Under the pieces are notes generated by a model, which did not search any database, was not told the origin of the DNA, and saw only the letters and a program-made list of their open reading frames with translations. A DNA stretch of 64,000 bases, from positions 55,304,001 through 55,368,000 of the forward strand of contig OX597831.1 in assembly GCA_951406725.2 (NCBI GenBank), read 5' to 3'. Below are positions 51,388-64,000 of the stretch, piece after piece (the first letter of the stretch is position 1; each line of letters opens with the position of its first letter). Source of the stretch: Octopus vulgaris. Its lineage: Eukaryota. The translations under genes were made by a program, and so were the position numbers.

Positions 51388-51780
51388 AGGTGTAGGAGTG
51401 GCTGTGTGGTAAGTACCTTGTTTACGAACCACATGGTTTTGGATTCAGTCCCACTGCATGGCACCTTGGGCAAGTGTCTTCTACTATAGCCTCGGGCCGA
51501 CCAAAGCCTTGTGAGTGGATTTGGTAGATGGAAACTGAAAGAAGCCCGTCGTATATATGTGTATATATATATATATATATGTTTGTGTGTCTTTGTCCCC
51601 CCCACATCGCTTGACAACCGATGCTGATGTGTTTATGTCCCCATAACTTAGTGGTTCAGCAAAAGAGACCGATAGAATAAGTACTAGGCTTACGAAGAAT
51701 AAGTCCTGGAGTCGATTTGTTCGACCAGAGGTGGTGCTCCAGCATGGTCACAGTCACATGACTGAAACGAGTAAAGAGTA
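51388..51780 (+). mobile_element. SINE family A
   Basis: Family A match. Confidence 0.9.
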
Positions 51781-52201
51781 AGACCAAAAGTAATAAAAAG
51801 TTATATTTGTGTACATTGTTAATTATCATCATGACGACATCCACTTGTCCATGCTTGCATAGACTGGGTGGAGTTTATTGAAGTAGATTTTTCTATGCCT
51901 GGTTGCCCTTCCTGTCATCAGCTCTCACCTTTTTCCAAGCAAGAAAACATAGCCAGGCATGTTCTTGCAGAATATTAGAAACGAATGACACTACTTGTAT
52001 GACTGACATTCATTTCACAACTATCATGCTTATGTTAAGACAAAAAGACACAGCCAAAGATTAACCTAGGCCATGTTTAACTTAATAGCACCACCTGATA
52101 GGAACTGTTAAGTCATTTTAAAGTCAAGTTTTGTGATATGATGGCCCATTCAAGTAGGGGGTTGTTGTTGACTGAGATGTATCCAGGTATTGGTGGCTTT
52201 A

Positions 52202-52430
52202 AGGCGGCGAGCTGGCAAAGACGTTAGCACGCCGGCGAAATGCGTAGCCGCATTTCGTCTGCCGTTTCGTTCTGAGTTCAAATTCCGCCGAGGCCGACTT
52301 TGCCTTTCATCCTTTCGGGGTCGATTAAATAAGTACCAGTTACGCACTGGGGGTCGATATAATCGACTTAATCCGTTTGTCTGTCCTTGTTTGTCCTCTC
52401 TGTTTAGCCCCTTGTGGGTAGTAATGAAAT
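52202..52430 (+). mobile_element. Young SINE family B with a perfect 17-bp TSD
   Basis: TSD aggtattggtggcttta at 52185-52201 and 52431-52447. Confidence 0.93.
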
Positions 52431-52526
52431 AGGTATTGGTGGCTTTAGCTGGTATCCTTTGAAGAAATTTGTCCAGATTTCGTTTGAAGATGATGGTATC
52501 TTTTTCTTCTTTTGAGATAATATTAG

Positions 52527-52965
52527 AAAACGCAGGGCCTGTTGAGAGAAAGAACTTGTGTTGCTGCTCTGAACGACGGAATTAGAAGGGGCCTCGACGC
52601 GACTGGCTTCCTGTCATAACCCGAGCCAGAGACGGTAAGCGCCCTGGCAGTATAACTCGCTTCCCATTCAAGGGAGGTAAATCTGTAGTTTATGACGCAA
52701 CGTGCTGTGCAATAACGTCCTCTTGCACCAAGCCTTGCTGCATCGGCCGCAAACCCAGGTATCACCGTCCGTATCGCAGAGGAAAGGAAGTTTAACAGAT
52801 ATAAGAGCTTGACGGGCTGTTTGTGCCGGTCGCTGTCCAGACCACAGGTGTTTTCGGGCTCCGTACTGCTGATTTCTTCCGCAAAATCGAGATAACTGCG
52901 GCCCGTCTGAGAAATGAGCCTCGTGAATTGGGGTGCCTGTTGTAGCGAGTGTCGCTGACCACCCT
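52527..52965 (+). mobile_element. CRE-type non-LTR retrotransposon, restriction-like endonuclease domain relic
   Basis: Frameshifted peptides AALNDGIRRGL..*PEP, RDGKRPGSITRFPFKGGKSVVYDATC, AEERKFNRYKSL, FVPVAVQTTGVFG and L*RVSL follow the RLE consensus DGKRPDG..WD.T..AE..K..KY..F.P.A.ET.G..G..QR.S. Confidence 0.85.
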
Positions 52966-53134
52966 ATTTGGTCTGGAGTATACAACCTGTTACTCTCTGC
53001 TTCTATCACTTATTGCTTAATTTTCCCATTTTTTTTCTTATTCTTTGTTTCCTTGGTGAGGTAGTTCTGTTTTCTTTTTTTCCCTCGATAATTTGATTTT
53101 TTATACTTTTAGTGGTTTTTCGGCAAGACTTCTG

Positions 53135-53606
53135 TCCGTCCTCCCCACTAAACCACCCTTGAAAAAAAAATTTTTTTCGACACAAGGAATATAAAATCTT
53201 TAAAAAAATTGGTAAAAATCAGCATTTTAAAATTACCACTCCCATTTCCTTCATTTTTTACTTTTTCCGTAATTTTTTTTCTTCAAAATATGCAGAAAAA
53301 TACGGAGATTATGATTCTGAAAAAAAATTTCCAAAAAGTTTTGTAAAATTTAAAAAAAATTATTATGATTCATTAAACATTATGATTCGGACAAAAATTT
53401 CAAAAGATTTCTGTAGTTAGGGTTAGGGCTATGGCGTTATGGTTGTGGTGGAAAAAGTCAAAGTTGAAGAATTTGGAGTGGGGTGATTTAGCAATGCTGA
53501 TTTTTGGCAATTTTCAGGGACCTCCGTATCCGAAAACGGGGTTTTTGCCAAAAAAATAAGTTTTAGTAAACAAATTTGGGAGAAAATGGGGGGGGGGGGG
53601 TTCCGG
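53135..53606. mobile_element. Decayed fold-back DNA element
   Basis: Inverted arms aaaaatcagcatt..accactcc / ggagtggggtg..aatgctgattttt, with internal ttagggttaggg. Confidence 0.55.
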
Positions 53607-54137
53607 CTTTTCTTTTCTTTATGTAAAAATAGGTTATTAAATAAACAGAAATAAAAAATGTTAGCTTAATAACCAAGAATTTTAAATTATAATAGCCACC
53701 ATATTTGTATAATTATATTGAAAATTTTCTTAGAAAAGGGGAACAACTCTTTATAGACTGCCATGGAATCCTATTTTATTTCCAAACCAACACTGGGTAT
53801 ACCTCTATGTGTGCGCGCTCCATCTTTGTTCCCTCGTAATGAGGAAACAAAGTCCGTATGGGGGTGGGGTGGGTGGCATGCATGTGACGGTATGTCCCAA
53901 AACCGATTTTCAAGTGGTGCTGGGGGAGGGGCACGCACACAGAGTTATGTAATGGGACTGAACGCAGAACCATGTGTTTGAGGAGCAAACTTCTTACCAC
54001 GCAATCACGTCTGCGCCTTAAAATAATTTGAAAAGTGGGTTGAAACCGGACTCACACAAGTAAAAAGAAAAAAAATACCATCCTTATAACATGTAAGCCT
54101 TTTTCAGTCACAACAGGAGACCCGTTTGCTAATGCAG

Positions 54138-54949
54138 TTTCGCACCTCTCCTTGACAAATTCTTTTTTTTTTTTTTTTTTTAAGGAAAAAAATTTTCGGA
54201 TTCCTACGTTTTAGATATCGGAGATTACGAATATGCAAATATATATATATATATTTAACCCTCCCATCCACCCCCACCCCAATTAAAATTTTTGATTTTC
54301 TTTTCATTAAAGAGATTGTAGCGAATTAAAGAAAATATAGCAAATCGAAATTAAACACTGACAAAAACGTTAAAGTGAAAGGAATTTGCGTTTTACTTGT
54401 GTTTGCCTGAAATAATCGTAAATGGTAATTAAATGTATATTAAATATGCACCATTTTATGAGAAACAAAGATTGATGTTTAAATAATATTATAAAGATTA
54501 ATGAAGGGCTCAAATTTCATCCCCTCCCTCAATTTTAAATTTTGAACTTTTTCATCCATTTATTTATCTGTCCTTCTATTTATCCCTGTCCGTTTATTCA
54601 TAAAATATATTTGAGAACTAAATGTGGCGGTCCTATAGGAGACGGTGTTACTATTGTTTTTAGCCCAGGAAGACATTCATACCTATCACTTTATACACAT
54701 TATCTATATGCTTATTGAATTTAAAATTTTGAAAACGTGCTTTCTTGCATATTCGGAATCTCTGTCATCTAAGATATAGGGAAAAAAACTTTCGAAAAAG
54801 TTCAAATTTTGGGGTCCGGGGATGGTGTTAATTTTTTTTTTTTTTTTTTTTTGCATATTCGTAATCTCCTCCATCTAAAACGTAGGGATCCGAAAATTTT
54901 TTTTCGGAAAAAAAAAAAAAAAATGCAGTTTTCAAGGAGAGGTGCGAAA
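54138..54949. mobile_element. Fold-back DNA element with about 150-bp inverted arms
   Basis: tttcgcacctctccttga..ttttcggattcctacgttttagat..ggagattacgaatatgcaa at the left end, and its reverse complement at 54810-54949. Confidence 0.8.
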
Positions 54950-56850
54950 GGTACTGTACTATATGCAGCAATGAAGAAATATCCAGAATTGTTTGGATAA
55001 TCTCTTTAATTTTTCTACTCTGAGATAGCCTATAAATATTGGCTGCATCTTCTGCAAATTACCCTAATGTCTTTTTTTTTTTAAATAAACATAAAGACAC
55101 TGCTTGAAAACGTGCACTTCTCTCTGCTCTAAAAGTGACTATAAAGGGGAACAACTTTAGGTTTAAAAGAATTATACCTAATGTAACATGGTGTGTTTTA
55201 TATTGACTCTTAATGCAGTTTCATCTTTTGCTTTACTTTTTTCAGTCATTGGACTGGCCACGTTTCAGCCCTAAGGCTGTGGTCATTTGCTGAACCGCTA
55301 AGTTACAGGGACGTAAACAAATCAACACAGGCTGTCAAACAGTGATAGGACCAACACAAACATGGACGCGCATACTTATATATCAATACACACACGGGCT
55401 TCTTTCCTTTTCCGTCTACCAAATTCATTCACAAGGCTTTGGTTGGCCTGGGGCTATAGTTGAAGACGTCCATAATGTCATGCATTGGGACTGAACCGGT
55501 AACCTTGTGATTGGAAAGCAAACTTCTTACCACACAGCCACACTTATATTCTTTTATTCTTTCGGTCAGACTGCGGTCATGCTGGAGCACTGACTTGAAG
55601 GGTTTTTAGCCGAACAAATCGACACCACCTTAAAGGATGTTGGTTGAAGGAATCACCCCTAGGACTTCTTGATGAGCCTAGTACTTATTCTATCGGTCTC
55701 TTTTACCGAAACTCTAAGTCAAGGGGGACATAAACACACCAGCAACAAGACTACCCTACCTGATCATTTTATTATTTTATAATAGCCATTATAAAATAAA
55801 CTTAATTTTTGTACCATTATAAATTCATATTTAGCTTATATAAAACAATACCAGTATCTTCACAACTTAAAATAAACTGCTTAGATTTTAATTTATTTAA
55901 TATATAGTTAGCATGTTCTTTTGCCCTAGTACTCCTTTATTAAGTACCAGTAAATGCCAATGATCAATCTTCATAGATACCATCTAATAAAGTTAGTATT
56001 TAAGTATATAATATGTATAAATATTAAACTATTTCTTTATAATTTCTTTTCCTCCCTCTATTGTAGTAAAATTTGGTATATACTCAAAAGTATTCAAAAA
56101 ATTTTTATCCTTTTGTTATAATATTCTTCTTAATAATCTTCCAAATAACCTTAAATTTTAACTTTATACAATATGGCAATATTGTTTAAAATATTTGATA
56201 AAATTTCCCCTGTATTATCATCATTGGTTTACTAGAGTCTTGCCCCTTTAATTATCAGCTAACATCTTGATTTAAGATTTCCTTTACCAAATCTCATATT
56301 GCTTCAAAAAAAATCTTGATAGTTTTATGACTATACCCACTATAATTTCTGTCAACTCCCTCAGCCTCTTTCCTAACAGACACTGCTCCTTGTTCTTTGG
56401 CCTTAGATTTTGATATACAAAGATTTGGTAAACAAGACTATAAATTAAAACAGTGACAAGCTAGATCTCTAACAAGTCTTTCTTCCTGTTACCTTAGTAG
56501 CTTCTAAGCTGAAGTGATGACAGCATGTTCTTTGTCTATCTCCTTACCTTCTTGGAGGTTTTCGGTAATATACTAATGTGTCCATCTGTTTTAATTTAAT
56601 TTAATTCTATGTATTTATGCAGCTGAGGATTACTCTGCATTTAAACTGATGTAATGGTTGCATCGTTCAATTGAATGGAGTAACTTGAAACGATTTTACT
56701 ACATTACCTCTAGATATCCTGTTGTTTATTTTGATTTTAATCACCTTCTTTTGAAACTGTATGGATAATACTGTACTAAATTCTGGTGCTTCAACTTGGG
56801 TACCTAATTCATCTGAATCTATATATATATACACACACACACACATATAT

Positions 56851-57167
56851 ATATAAAATACAAAATGGGACAAGAACGCAAAACATCCGGACAACTAGGT
56901 GATACGAAAAGGGACAACAAAACATCCATATAGACAATATAAAGAAAGCATGGACAGGTAATTCGAAGTTTTCTATCTTCAGTCAAGAACCAGATTTTTC
57001 CCCAGCCGAAATTGTGAGGATAATCTAGTTCTTGACAGAAGATAGAAAACTTTGAATGACCCATCCTTGTTTTCTTTGTATCGTCTATCTGGATGTTTTG
57101 TTGTCCCTTTTTGTATCACCTAGTTGTCCAGATGTTTTGCATTCTTGTCCCATTTTGTATTTTATAT
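56851..57167. repeat. Long imperfect palindrome, about 145-bp arms (Penelope-like pLTR fold-back) in (TA)n
   Basis: ataaaatacaaaatgggacaagaa... / ...ttcttgtcccattttgtattttat, with the loop near 56997-57021. A related single copy lies at 40345-40460. Confidence 0.88.
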
Positions 57168-57169
57168 GT

Positions 57170-57210
<41 letters not shown>

Positions 57211-57258
57211 CATATAATATATTATACATACATATCTTTCTTTTCTTTCTTTTTCTTT

Positions 57259-57564
57259 TATACTTGTTTCAGTCATTTGACTGCAGCCATGCTGGAGCAC
57301 CGCCTTTAGTCGAGCAAATCGACCCCAGGACTTATTCTTTGTAAGCCCAGTACTTATTCTATCGGTCTCTTTTGCCGAACCGCTAAGTGACGGGGACGCA
57401 AACACACCAGCATCGGTTGTCAAGCAATGCTATCCACTCACAAGGCATTGGTCGGCCCGGGGCTATAGCAGAAGACACTTGCCCAAGATGCTACGCAGTG
57501 GGACTGAACCCGGAACCATGTGGTTGGTTAGCAAGCTACTTACCACACAGCCACTCCTGCGCCT
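57259..57564 (-). mobile_element. SINE family A with internal deletion
   Basis: Reverse complement of family A, lacking the central microsatellite. Confidence 0.9.
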
Positions 57565-57621
<57 letters not shown>

Positions 57622-58135
57622 AAGAATGGCTGGTGGTAGAGTAGGTACCCTGGTGATACCAGTTGTATGGAAACGTAATAATGGAGTGCTGTAATATTTT
57701 CGTTTTTTTTTTTGTTTGTCATTTAGAAGATGTTTGTTCTCATCAGTAAGAGTATATTTTTTAATTTAAACTTTTAGGTTTACTACTTCAAACATGTTAG
57801 CAGTCACTTTATACTATTAAGATTTTTTGCACTGTGCTCATACATGGGACATAAACAAACCAGCACCAGTTATCAAGTGATGGGGTGGCACAAACTCTGA
57901 CACACACACACACACACACAATTGTGTAGATATACATTATGACAGGCTTCCACACAGTTTCTGTCTACCAGATTCACTCACAAGGCATTGGTTGACCCAG
58001 GGTCATTGTAGAACATAATTGCCCAAGCTGCCAGTACTGGGACTGAATCTGAAACCTGAAAAATGGTTGCAAAGTGAGCTTCTTAACCACACCTATAAAA
58101 TGTAGAAATATATTTTAGAAATTCATCCTCCTACA

Positions 58136-58745
58136 GGTGCAAGCATGACTGTGTGGTAAGAGACTTGCTTCACAGCCACATGGTTCTAGGTTCAGTCTTA
58201 CTGCATGACACCTTGACGAATATCTTCTATAATCTCAGGCTGACCAAAGCCTTGTGAGTGGATTTGGTGGACAGAAAGTGAAAGAAGGCGGTGAGCTGGC
58301 AGAGACGTTAGCATGCCAGGCGATATGCTTTATAGGTATTTCGTCTGCCGCTACGTTCTGAGTTCAAATTCCACCAAGGTCAACTTTGCCTTTCATCCTT
58401 TCGGGGTCGATTAAGTAAGTACCAGTTACGCACTGTGGTCGATATAATCGACTTAATCCGTTTGTTTGTCCTTGTTTAGCCCCTTGCGGGCAGTAAAGAA
58501 ATAAGAAAGTGAAAGAAGCCTGTTGTATATGTGTGTGTGTGTTTGTTTGTCCCCCATCACTGCTTGAGAACCAGTGTTGGTGTGTTTATGTCCCTATAAA
58601 TTAGTGGTTCAGCAAAGGAGACTGATAGAATAAGTACCAGGCTTAAAAAGAAAATAAGTTCTGGGGTCAATTAGTTTGACTAAAATTCCTCAAGGCAGTG
58701 CCCCAGCCTGGTTGCAGTCTAGTGACTAAAATAAGTCAATAAAAG
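58136..58745 (+). mobile_element. SINE A containing a nested SINE B (about 58288-58503)
   Basis: TSD agaaagtgaaagaag on both sides of the inner element. Confidence 0.9.
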
Positions 58746-59282
58746 AATCAAAATTTAGCAAGAATGTTGAATTCTAAATTCCTTTGACAATGTACTGTGG
58801 CAAAGTCAAAGTTTGCTATGACTGATAAAATATAACATATCTTTTCATTCTGTCAACACTGACAAATGACATTTAACAACTGAAGCTAAAAATATAATTT
58901 ATCTATTAGAGATTGTTTATATTTCAACAGTGACTATTTGTTTAACTATCTCTAAATTATGTCACATCTCTTTATAACAAATATTTCATCTAGAAATTAT
59001 TGTTTAATAGACTCAACTTATTGCACGGCAGTTACTGAGTTCATGAACAACAACAACAATGACAATAATAGTTTTTTCTATTATTTATACAAGGCCTAAA
59101 ATATTTATAGAGAAGGGATTAGTTGCTTATATTGACCCCGATGTTCAAGTGGTACTTATTTTATCGACCCTGACAAAGTTGACCACAGCAGAATTTGAAC
59201 TCATAACATGAAGATGAACAAAGTACTTGGGAGCATTGTGTCTGGCATATAACAATTCAATGAGGTTGCTACTTTATAATAT

Positions 59283-59509
59283 TAACCCTTTCATTACCAA
59301 CCCGGCTGAAACTGGCTCTGGCTCTGAGTACAAATGTCTTGTTTTCATTAGTTTTGAATCAAAATCTTCCACCAAACCTTAGTCACAACTTATGTTCCTA
59401 ACACTAGCGTAATGATAACTAAGTTATTTTACTAAATTCCTTGTTATATTTAAAGTAATTGAAAGAAACACAGAGCATCTCAAAATAAATACAGTAATGA
59501 AAGGGTTAA
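59283..59509. mobile_element. piggyBac-type MITE (related copy at 13505-13703)
   Basis: ttaaccctttcattac ... gtaatgaaagggttaa. Confidence 0.8.
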
Positions 59510-59984
59510 AGTAGTAGAAAAAGAAAAGGGAAATAAAGACAGCTTCTAACAATGGAGAAAATTTTACAAAAAGTCATCTTATAGACTCAACTTATTGCAC
59601 AGCAGTTACTGTGTTTATAAACAACAATGACAAAGAGTAAGAGGTTCTGTGGTGTCTTACAGTTTATTACTCTTGTTCCTTACATTGGCAGGGGGTTGTT
59701 TACTTTGGTCTCCTTAAGCTTGATATTTTTGAGTGGTTTTTAAGTGGTGAAAAGTTTATAATTTATGCCTGCATCACTGCATTTATTAATTGTTTGCCTC
59801 TTTTGCCATCTTTGTAGAAAATGGACATTTTGGAATATTTTGGTTTGATTTACTTCAATTTCTGTGGTATTTGTAACAATGTGGTGTGGTAACAAAACAA
59901 GGGAAGTTAGAACTACAAAAGAAGATCCAAATGTCTTTTAACCCTTTAGCAACCAGATTATTCTGTCAAATGTGGTGGTACTGC

Positions 59985-61010
59985 TAAGGAAAGAACTGGA
60001 AAAAGGGGGATCAAATAGAAAATTTTAGGACCATAACTTTGCTAAATGCAGATTTCAAAAGTATGGCCAAAGTGTTAGCAAAGAGGTTGGTACTTGTTGA
60101 GGAACTGACTGATGATGAGCAAACATGCGCCACCCCAAGCAGAACTATCCATGACAAACCTCCACTTCATGCAATACATCATAGACTGGTTAGCTAAAGA
60201 ACCTAGCATAGGTGGGATCCTGATCAATCTCTTCAGTAGGGTTGACATATTTCTTTACTACCCACAAGGGGCTGAACACAGAGAGGACACACAGATTAAG
60301 TCGATAACATCGACCCCAATGCACAACTGGTACTTAATTTATCGATCCCGAAAGGATGAAAGGCAAAGTCGACCTCGGCGGAATTTGAACTCAGAACGTA
60401 ACGACAGACGAAATACGGCTATGCATTTAGCCCGGCGTGCTAACGTTTCTGCCAGCTTGCTGCCTTTTTCAATAGAGTTGACCACCAATACTTAGTGGTT
60501 AGTTCTGGTCCCATTTTCTGTAGCTGGATTGCTGCAATGTACATCTGCTTGGTAGCTTGGGTGAATGGTTACCTTTCAGAACCATTCAGCATCATGCACT
60601 TAGTCCATTGAGATTGTCTCATCTTTTCTGTATGTACTGGCTCTAGAGCCACTAGTGCATAAATTGGTGTTGAGAAAGATCTTGTATAAGCTAGGTTATG
60701 GAAATCCATGTAGGCATATGCAGATGATGTCACTGTCATAATGTCACACACCAGGTACATGCACCTGATCAGCACTGCTCTTAAAGAATATGAGGTGGTG
60801 TCAGCAAAAATCAACCAAGAAAAGTCAATGGGCTTGCAGCTCAGAACGTGGACAGGATGAGCCATGCTGTTCAATAATATGGGACACTAGATGGAAGGAC
60901 CAGTTAAATTACTTGGGGTCTGGTTTGGTCCAGCTCTCCAGGTAAAGAACTCGAATGAGGTGACAAGCAGGGTCACTAGTCTTACCCAGAAGTGGGCCAA
61001 GAGAAAACTA
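59985..61010 (+). mobile_element. L1/Tx1 RT relic interrupted by a SINE B (60250-60465, minus strand)
   Basis: NFRTITLLNADFKSMAKVLAKRL, AYADDVTVI and VKLLGVWFGP; same family as 35736-36660. Confidence 0.88.
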
Positions 61011-62701
61011 TTTCAAATTCTGCCAAGGTCAACTTTGCCTTTCATCCCTTGGGGGAGGGGAGGTTGATAAATTAAGTACCAGTTACGCTCTGGGGTCAAT
61101 GTAATCGACTAGTCCCTTCACCCCAAAATTTCAGGTCTTGTGCCTATAGTAGAAAAGATTAGGATTATTATTAAGACGGTGAGCTGGCAGAACCGTTAGC
61201 ACACTGAGAAAAATGCTTAGTGGAATATTGTCTGTCTTTATGTTCTGAGTTCAAATTCTGCTGAGGTCTCAACTTTCAGGGTTGATAAATTAATTTCCTG
61301 TGAAACACTGGGGTTGATGTAAATCTCAGGCCTTGTGCCTTTAGTAGATATTATTATTATATAAGATGTGACTTGGATCATGAAAAATAAGTTCCCCTAT
61401 CTCTTTGTTTTCATATTACATGATGGTTGTAAAAGAGCATCACCATCATACAAGTGGCGTTGTTCATTTCTAATTTTCTGCAGAAACACATCTGGCTTTG
61501 AAGGAAATATTACCTTATTTGAAAACAGATGAATGGTTGTGACTGGAAGGGCATCTGGCCAAGGAAACTCTGCTTCAATGAATTTTTTATGTGCTATGCA
61601 AGGACGGAGAAAATAGACATTAAAATGATGTTGTCAATGAATTGTGTGTCATTTCAATGAACGTTTTGGTTACTATATTTAGCGGGTCAAATGACTACAT
61701 AAAGCTGACTTATGGTCTGTGGTTTTTTGAATACACTGTTACTCGTTACAATTAAGTCTCAAGGAAAGAAAGCGAAATGGTGTCTTTTCTTATTTCTTTT
61801 TTCTTTATAGTTGCGACTTTGTGCTGCACCTTATTGAGTTCAATCAAGTGAGGTTTTAATACTGTTGGGTGAAACAACCCCTTTGGTCTCAGTGAATAAA
61901 TGAAAGCAACATTTTCTTTTGTGCCTTTGTCATTATAGTAAACTGCACCCAGTACACTCTGTAACATAAAAAGATGGTTGGTGGTGTTACAAATTTGTCC
62001 AGCTGTAGAAAACATGCCCAAAACAGAACTTGTGAGCAAGATATCCCTGACCCACCTAGGTTGGCAAGTAGCTTTGCACAGAAACTGAGTTGGACCCTAA
62101 TGACTCATCCAACCTATCATCATCATTTAATGTCTGTTTTCCTATACACATAAAAGTAGACGTAAAAGATTGATAGTGATATCCTAGTGCTTAGACACAA
62201 TGTTGTGTCTCCAGTAATAACAACATCTAATCCTTTATCATTTAAAATGATCAGGTCTAGCCTGTCATACCTTACTTTACAATATCATACTAAAACTAAA
62301 CAATCACATCATTGAAATCTTGAAGCTATGAAATATTTCATAAATAATTCAAACTGACATGAATGAATAAGCATTGTATTTGACAGACTAATCTGAATGC
62401 TAAAGGGTTAATATAATGATATAGCTAAGAAATTCTTGAGCAAACCCAGCCTTATAAGTTGACCTTTTCTTTAGAGTTTAGCCATTTTACCATTCATAGT
62501 GTTTATAGGTGAAGGCATGTCTTGGTGATTAAGAAGCTTGCTTCCCAATTATGTGGTCTTTGGTTCAGTCTCACTTCACAGCAGCTTGGGCAGGCGTTTT
62601 CTTGTATAGCCCTGGATTAGCCAAAACCTTGTGAGTGGATTTGGTAGTTGGAAAAACTGAAAGAAGCCCATTATATATATATATGAGAGAGTGTGAGAGA
62701 G

Positions 62702-62738
<37 letters not shown>

Positions 62739-64000
62739 CTTGTGTGTACCCATGTCTAGACATGATGGTTGTAAATGGGCATCATCGTCATACAAGTGAG
62801 GTAACTCATTTCCAGTCTTCCATGAGGAAATATTACCTTGCTTGGAAACAGGTGAGAGTTAGTGACAGGAAGAGCACCCTACCATAGAAAAATCTGCCTC
62901 AACAAATTTCTGTCTGACTTGGGTAGGCATAAAAAAAAGGGTCCGTTAAATGGTGATGATGTTTTATAGCATAGTTACAGAGCCTCAGATTTTTGTGGGG
63001 ATCACAGTTGATTAACATCTGCCTAAAAGGATAACAGACTAAGCTAAACCCTGCTGAGACTAGAAACCACAACATGAAGAGCTATGAATAAATACCTAAA
63101 GGTATTTTTGTTTACTCTACTGTTTCTGCCTCACCCCTACCCTTCAGATCCTGCTGAGATCAATAAACTATGTAACAGCTGTCAGTTTAATGCTTATTTC
63201 TTACAAGGGCACAGTAACTTTTTAGAGTAAAGAGTGCATTCCACTGAATCAACCATTCACTGCATCTCACCCTTGCCCCCTTATCCCAAGCCCATAAAAG
63301 TTCATTGGTTTTCAGTAAGATTTAAAACTCAGAACACAAAGGAGTGCAACTAAGTACTGAAATTTAGTCCAATACGGTCTTTTTTTCTTTTTCACATTGT
63401 TTTGTTAATTTGACACGAAGCTAATTCTGTAGTTTACCTGAAAAACTTTTTCTTAACAAGTATGGTTGTGAACTTAAGCTGGTCAGGTCTAGCCTGTCAT
63501 ACCTTACTTTACAATATCATACTAAAACTAAACAATCACATCATTGAAATCTTGAAGCTATGAAATATTTCATAAATAATTCAAACTGACATGAATGAAT
63601 AAGCATTGCATTTGACGGACTAATCTGAATGCTAAAGGGTTAATATAGCTAAGAAATTCTTAAGCTGAAACCATGTGGTTTCAGGTTCTGTCCCACTCTG
63701 TGGCACCTTGGGCAAATGGTCTTTTATTGTAGTCCAGAGTTAACCAATACATTGTGAGTGAATTTGGTAGACAGAAACTGTGTGAGAGCCTTGTCGTGTG
63801 TGTATGTGTCTTTGTGCCTGTGTGTGTGTGTATGTCTTTATGCTGTTTGTCTTCCACCCACTATCACTGCTTTACAACTGTTGGTTTGTTTACACCCCCC
63901 ACCCCCATAATGTAGCAGTTCGCCAAATGACATCAACATAAGTACCAGGCTTAAAAAAATATAAGTATTGAGATAGATCTGTTTGACTAGACCACTTCAG

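Noticed and set aside
55740-56560. Possible very old minus-strand LINE relic
   Set aside because: The composition is suggestive, but I could not recover diagnostic motifs.
2430-63830. Dozens of 60-190 aa ORFs such as ..LLSVSVYQIHSQG.., ..RKDERQSRPRRNLNSE.. and poly-YI/HT/CV
   Set aside because: They are translations of SINE families and microsatellites that recur at many positions; they are not genes.

Overview
AT-rich, repeat-dense animal genomic DNA. The SINE/LINE repertoire and microsatellite load suggest an octopus (coleoid cephalopod); this is an inference. Two host genes are oriented head-to-head, and neither is resolved by the ORF track. CEP78 is on the minus strand, with coding exons at 14643-14791 and 12430-12536, a probable non-coding first exon ending at 31770, and the rest of the gene continuing left of the window. 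RPIA (ribose-5-phosphate isomerase A) is on the plus strand, with coding exon 1 at 38501-38563 followed by an intron of more than 25 kb. The remainder is intron or intergenic DNA filled with tRNA-type SINEs, CR1, RTE, L1/Tx1, CRE-type and Penelope-like retroelement relics, hAT/piggyBac-type MITEs and Helentron-like elements. The most unusual signal is a set of long fold-back palindromes built from Penelope-like terminal repeats. Several carry type I hammerhead ribozyme cores, with four cores at 39817-40330 in RPIA intron 1. Other highlights are a perfect 63-bp-arm palindrome, a presequence-like in-frame N-terminal extension of RPIA, and a candidate 60-nt cassette exon in CEP78. Most ORFs in the supplied track are artefacts of SINEs and microsatellites. 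All protein identifications come from recalled sequence similarity, not from database searches, and repeat boundaries are approximate.
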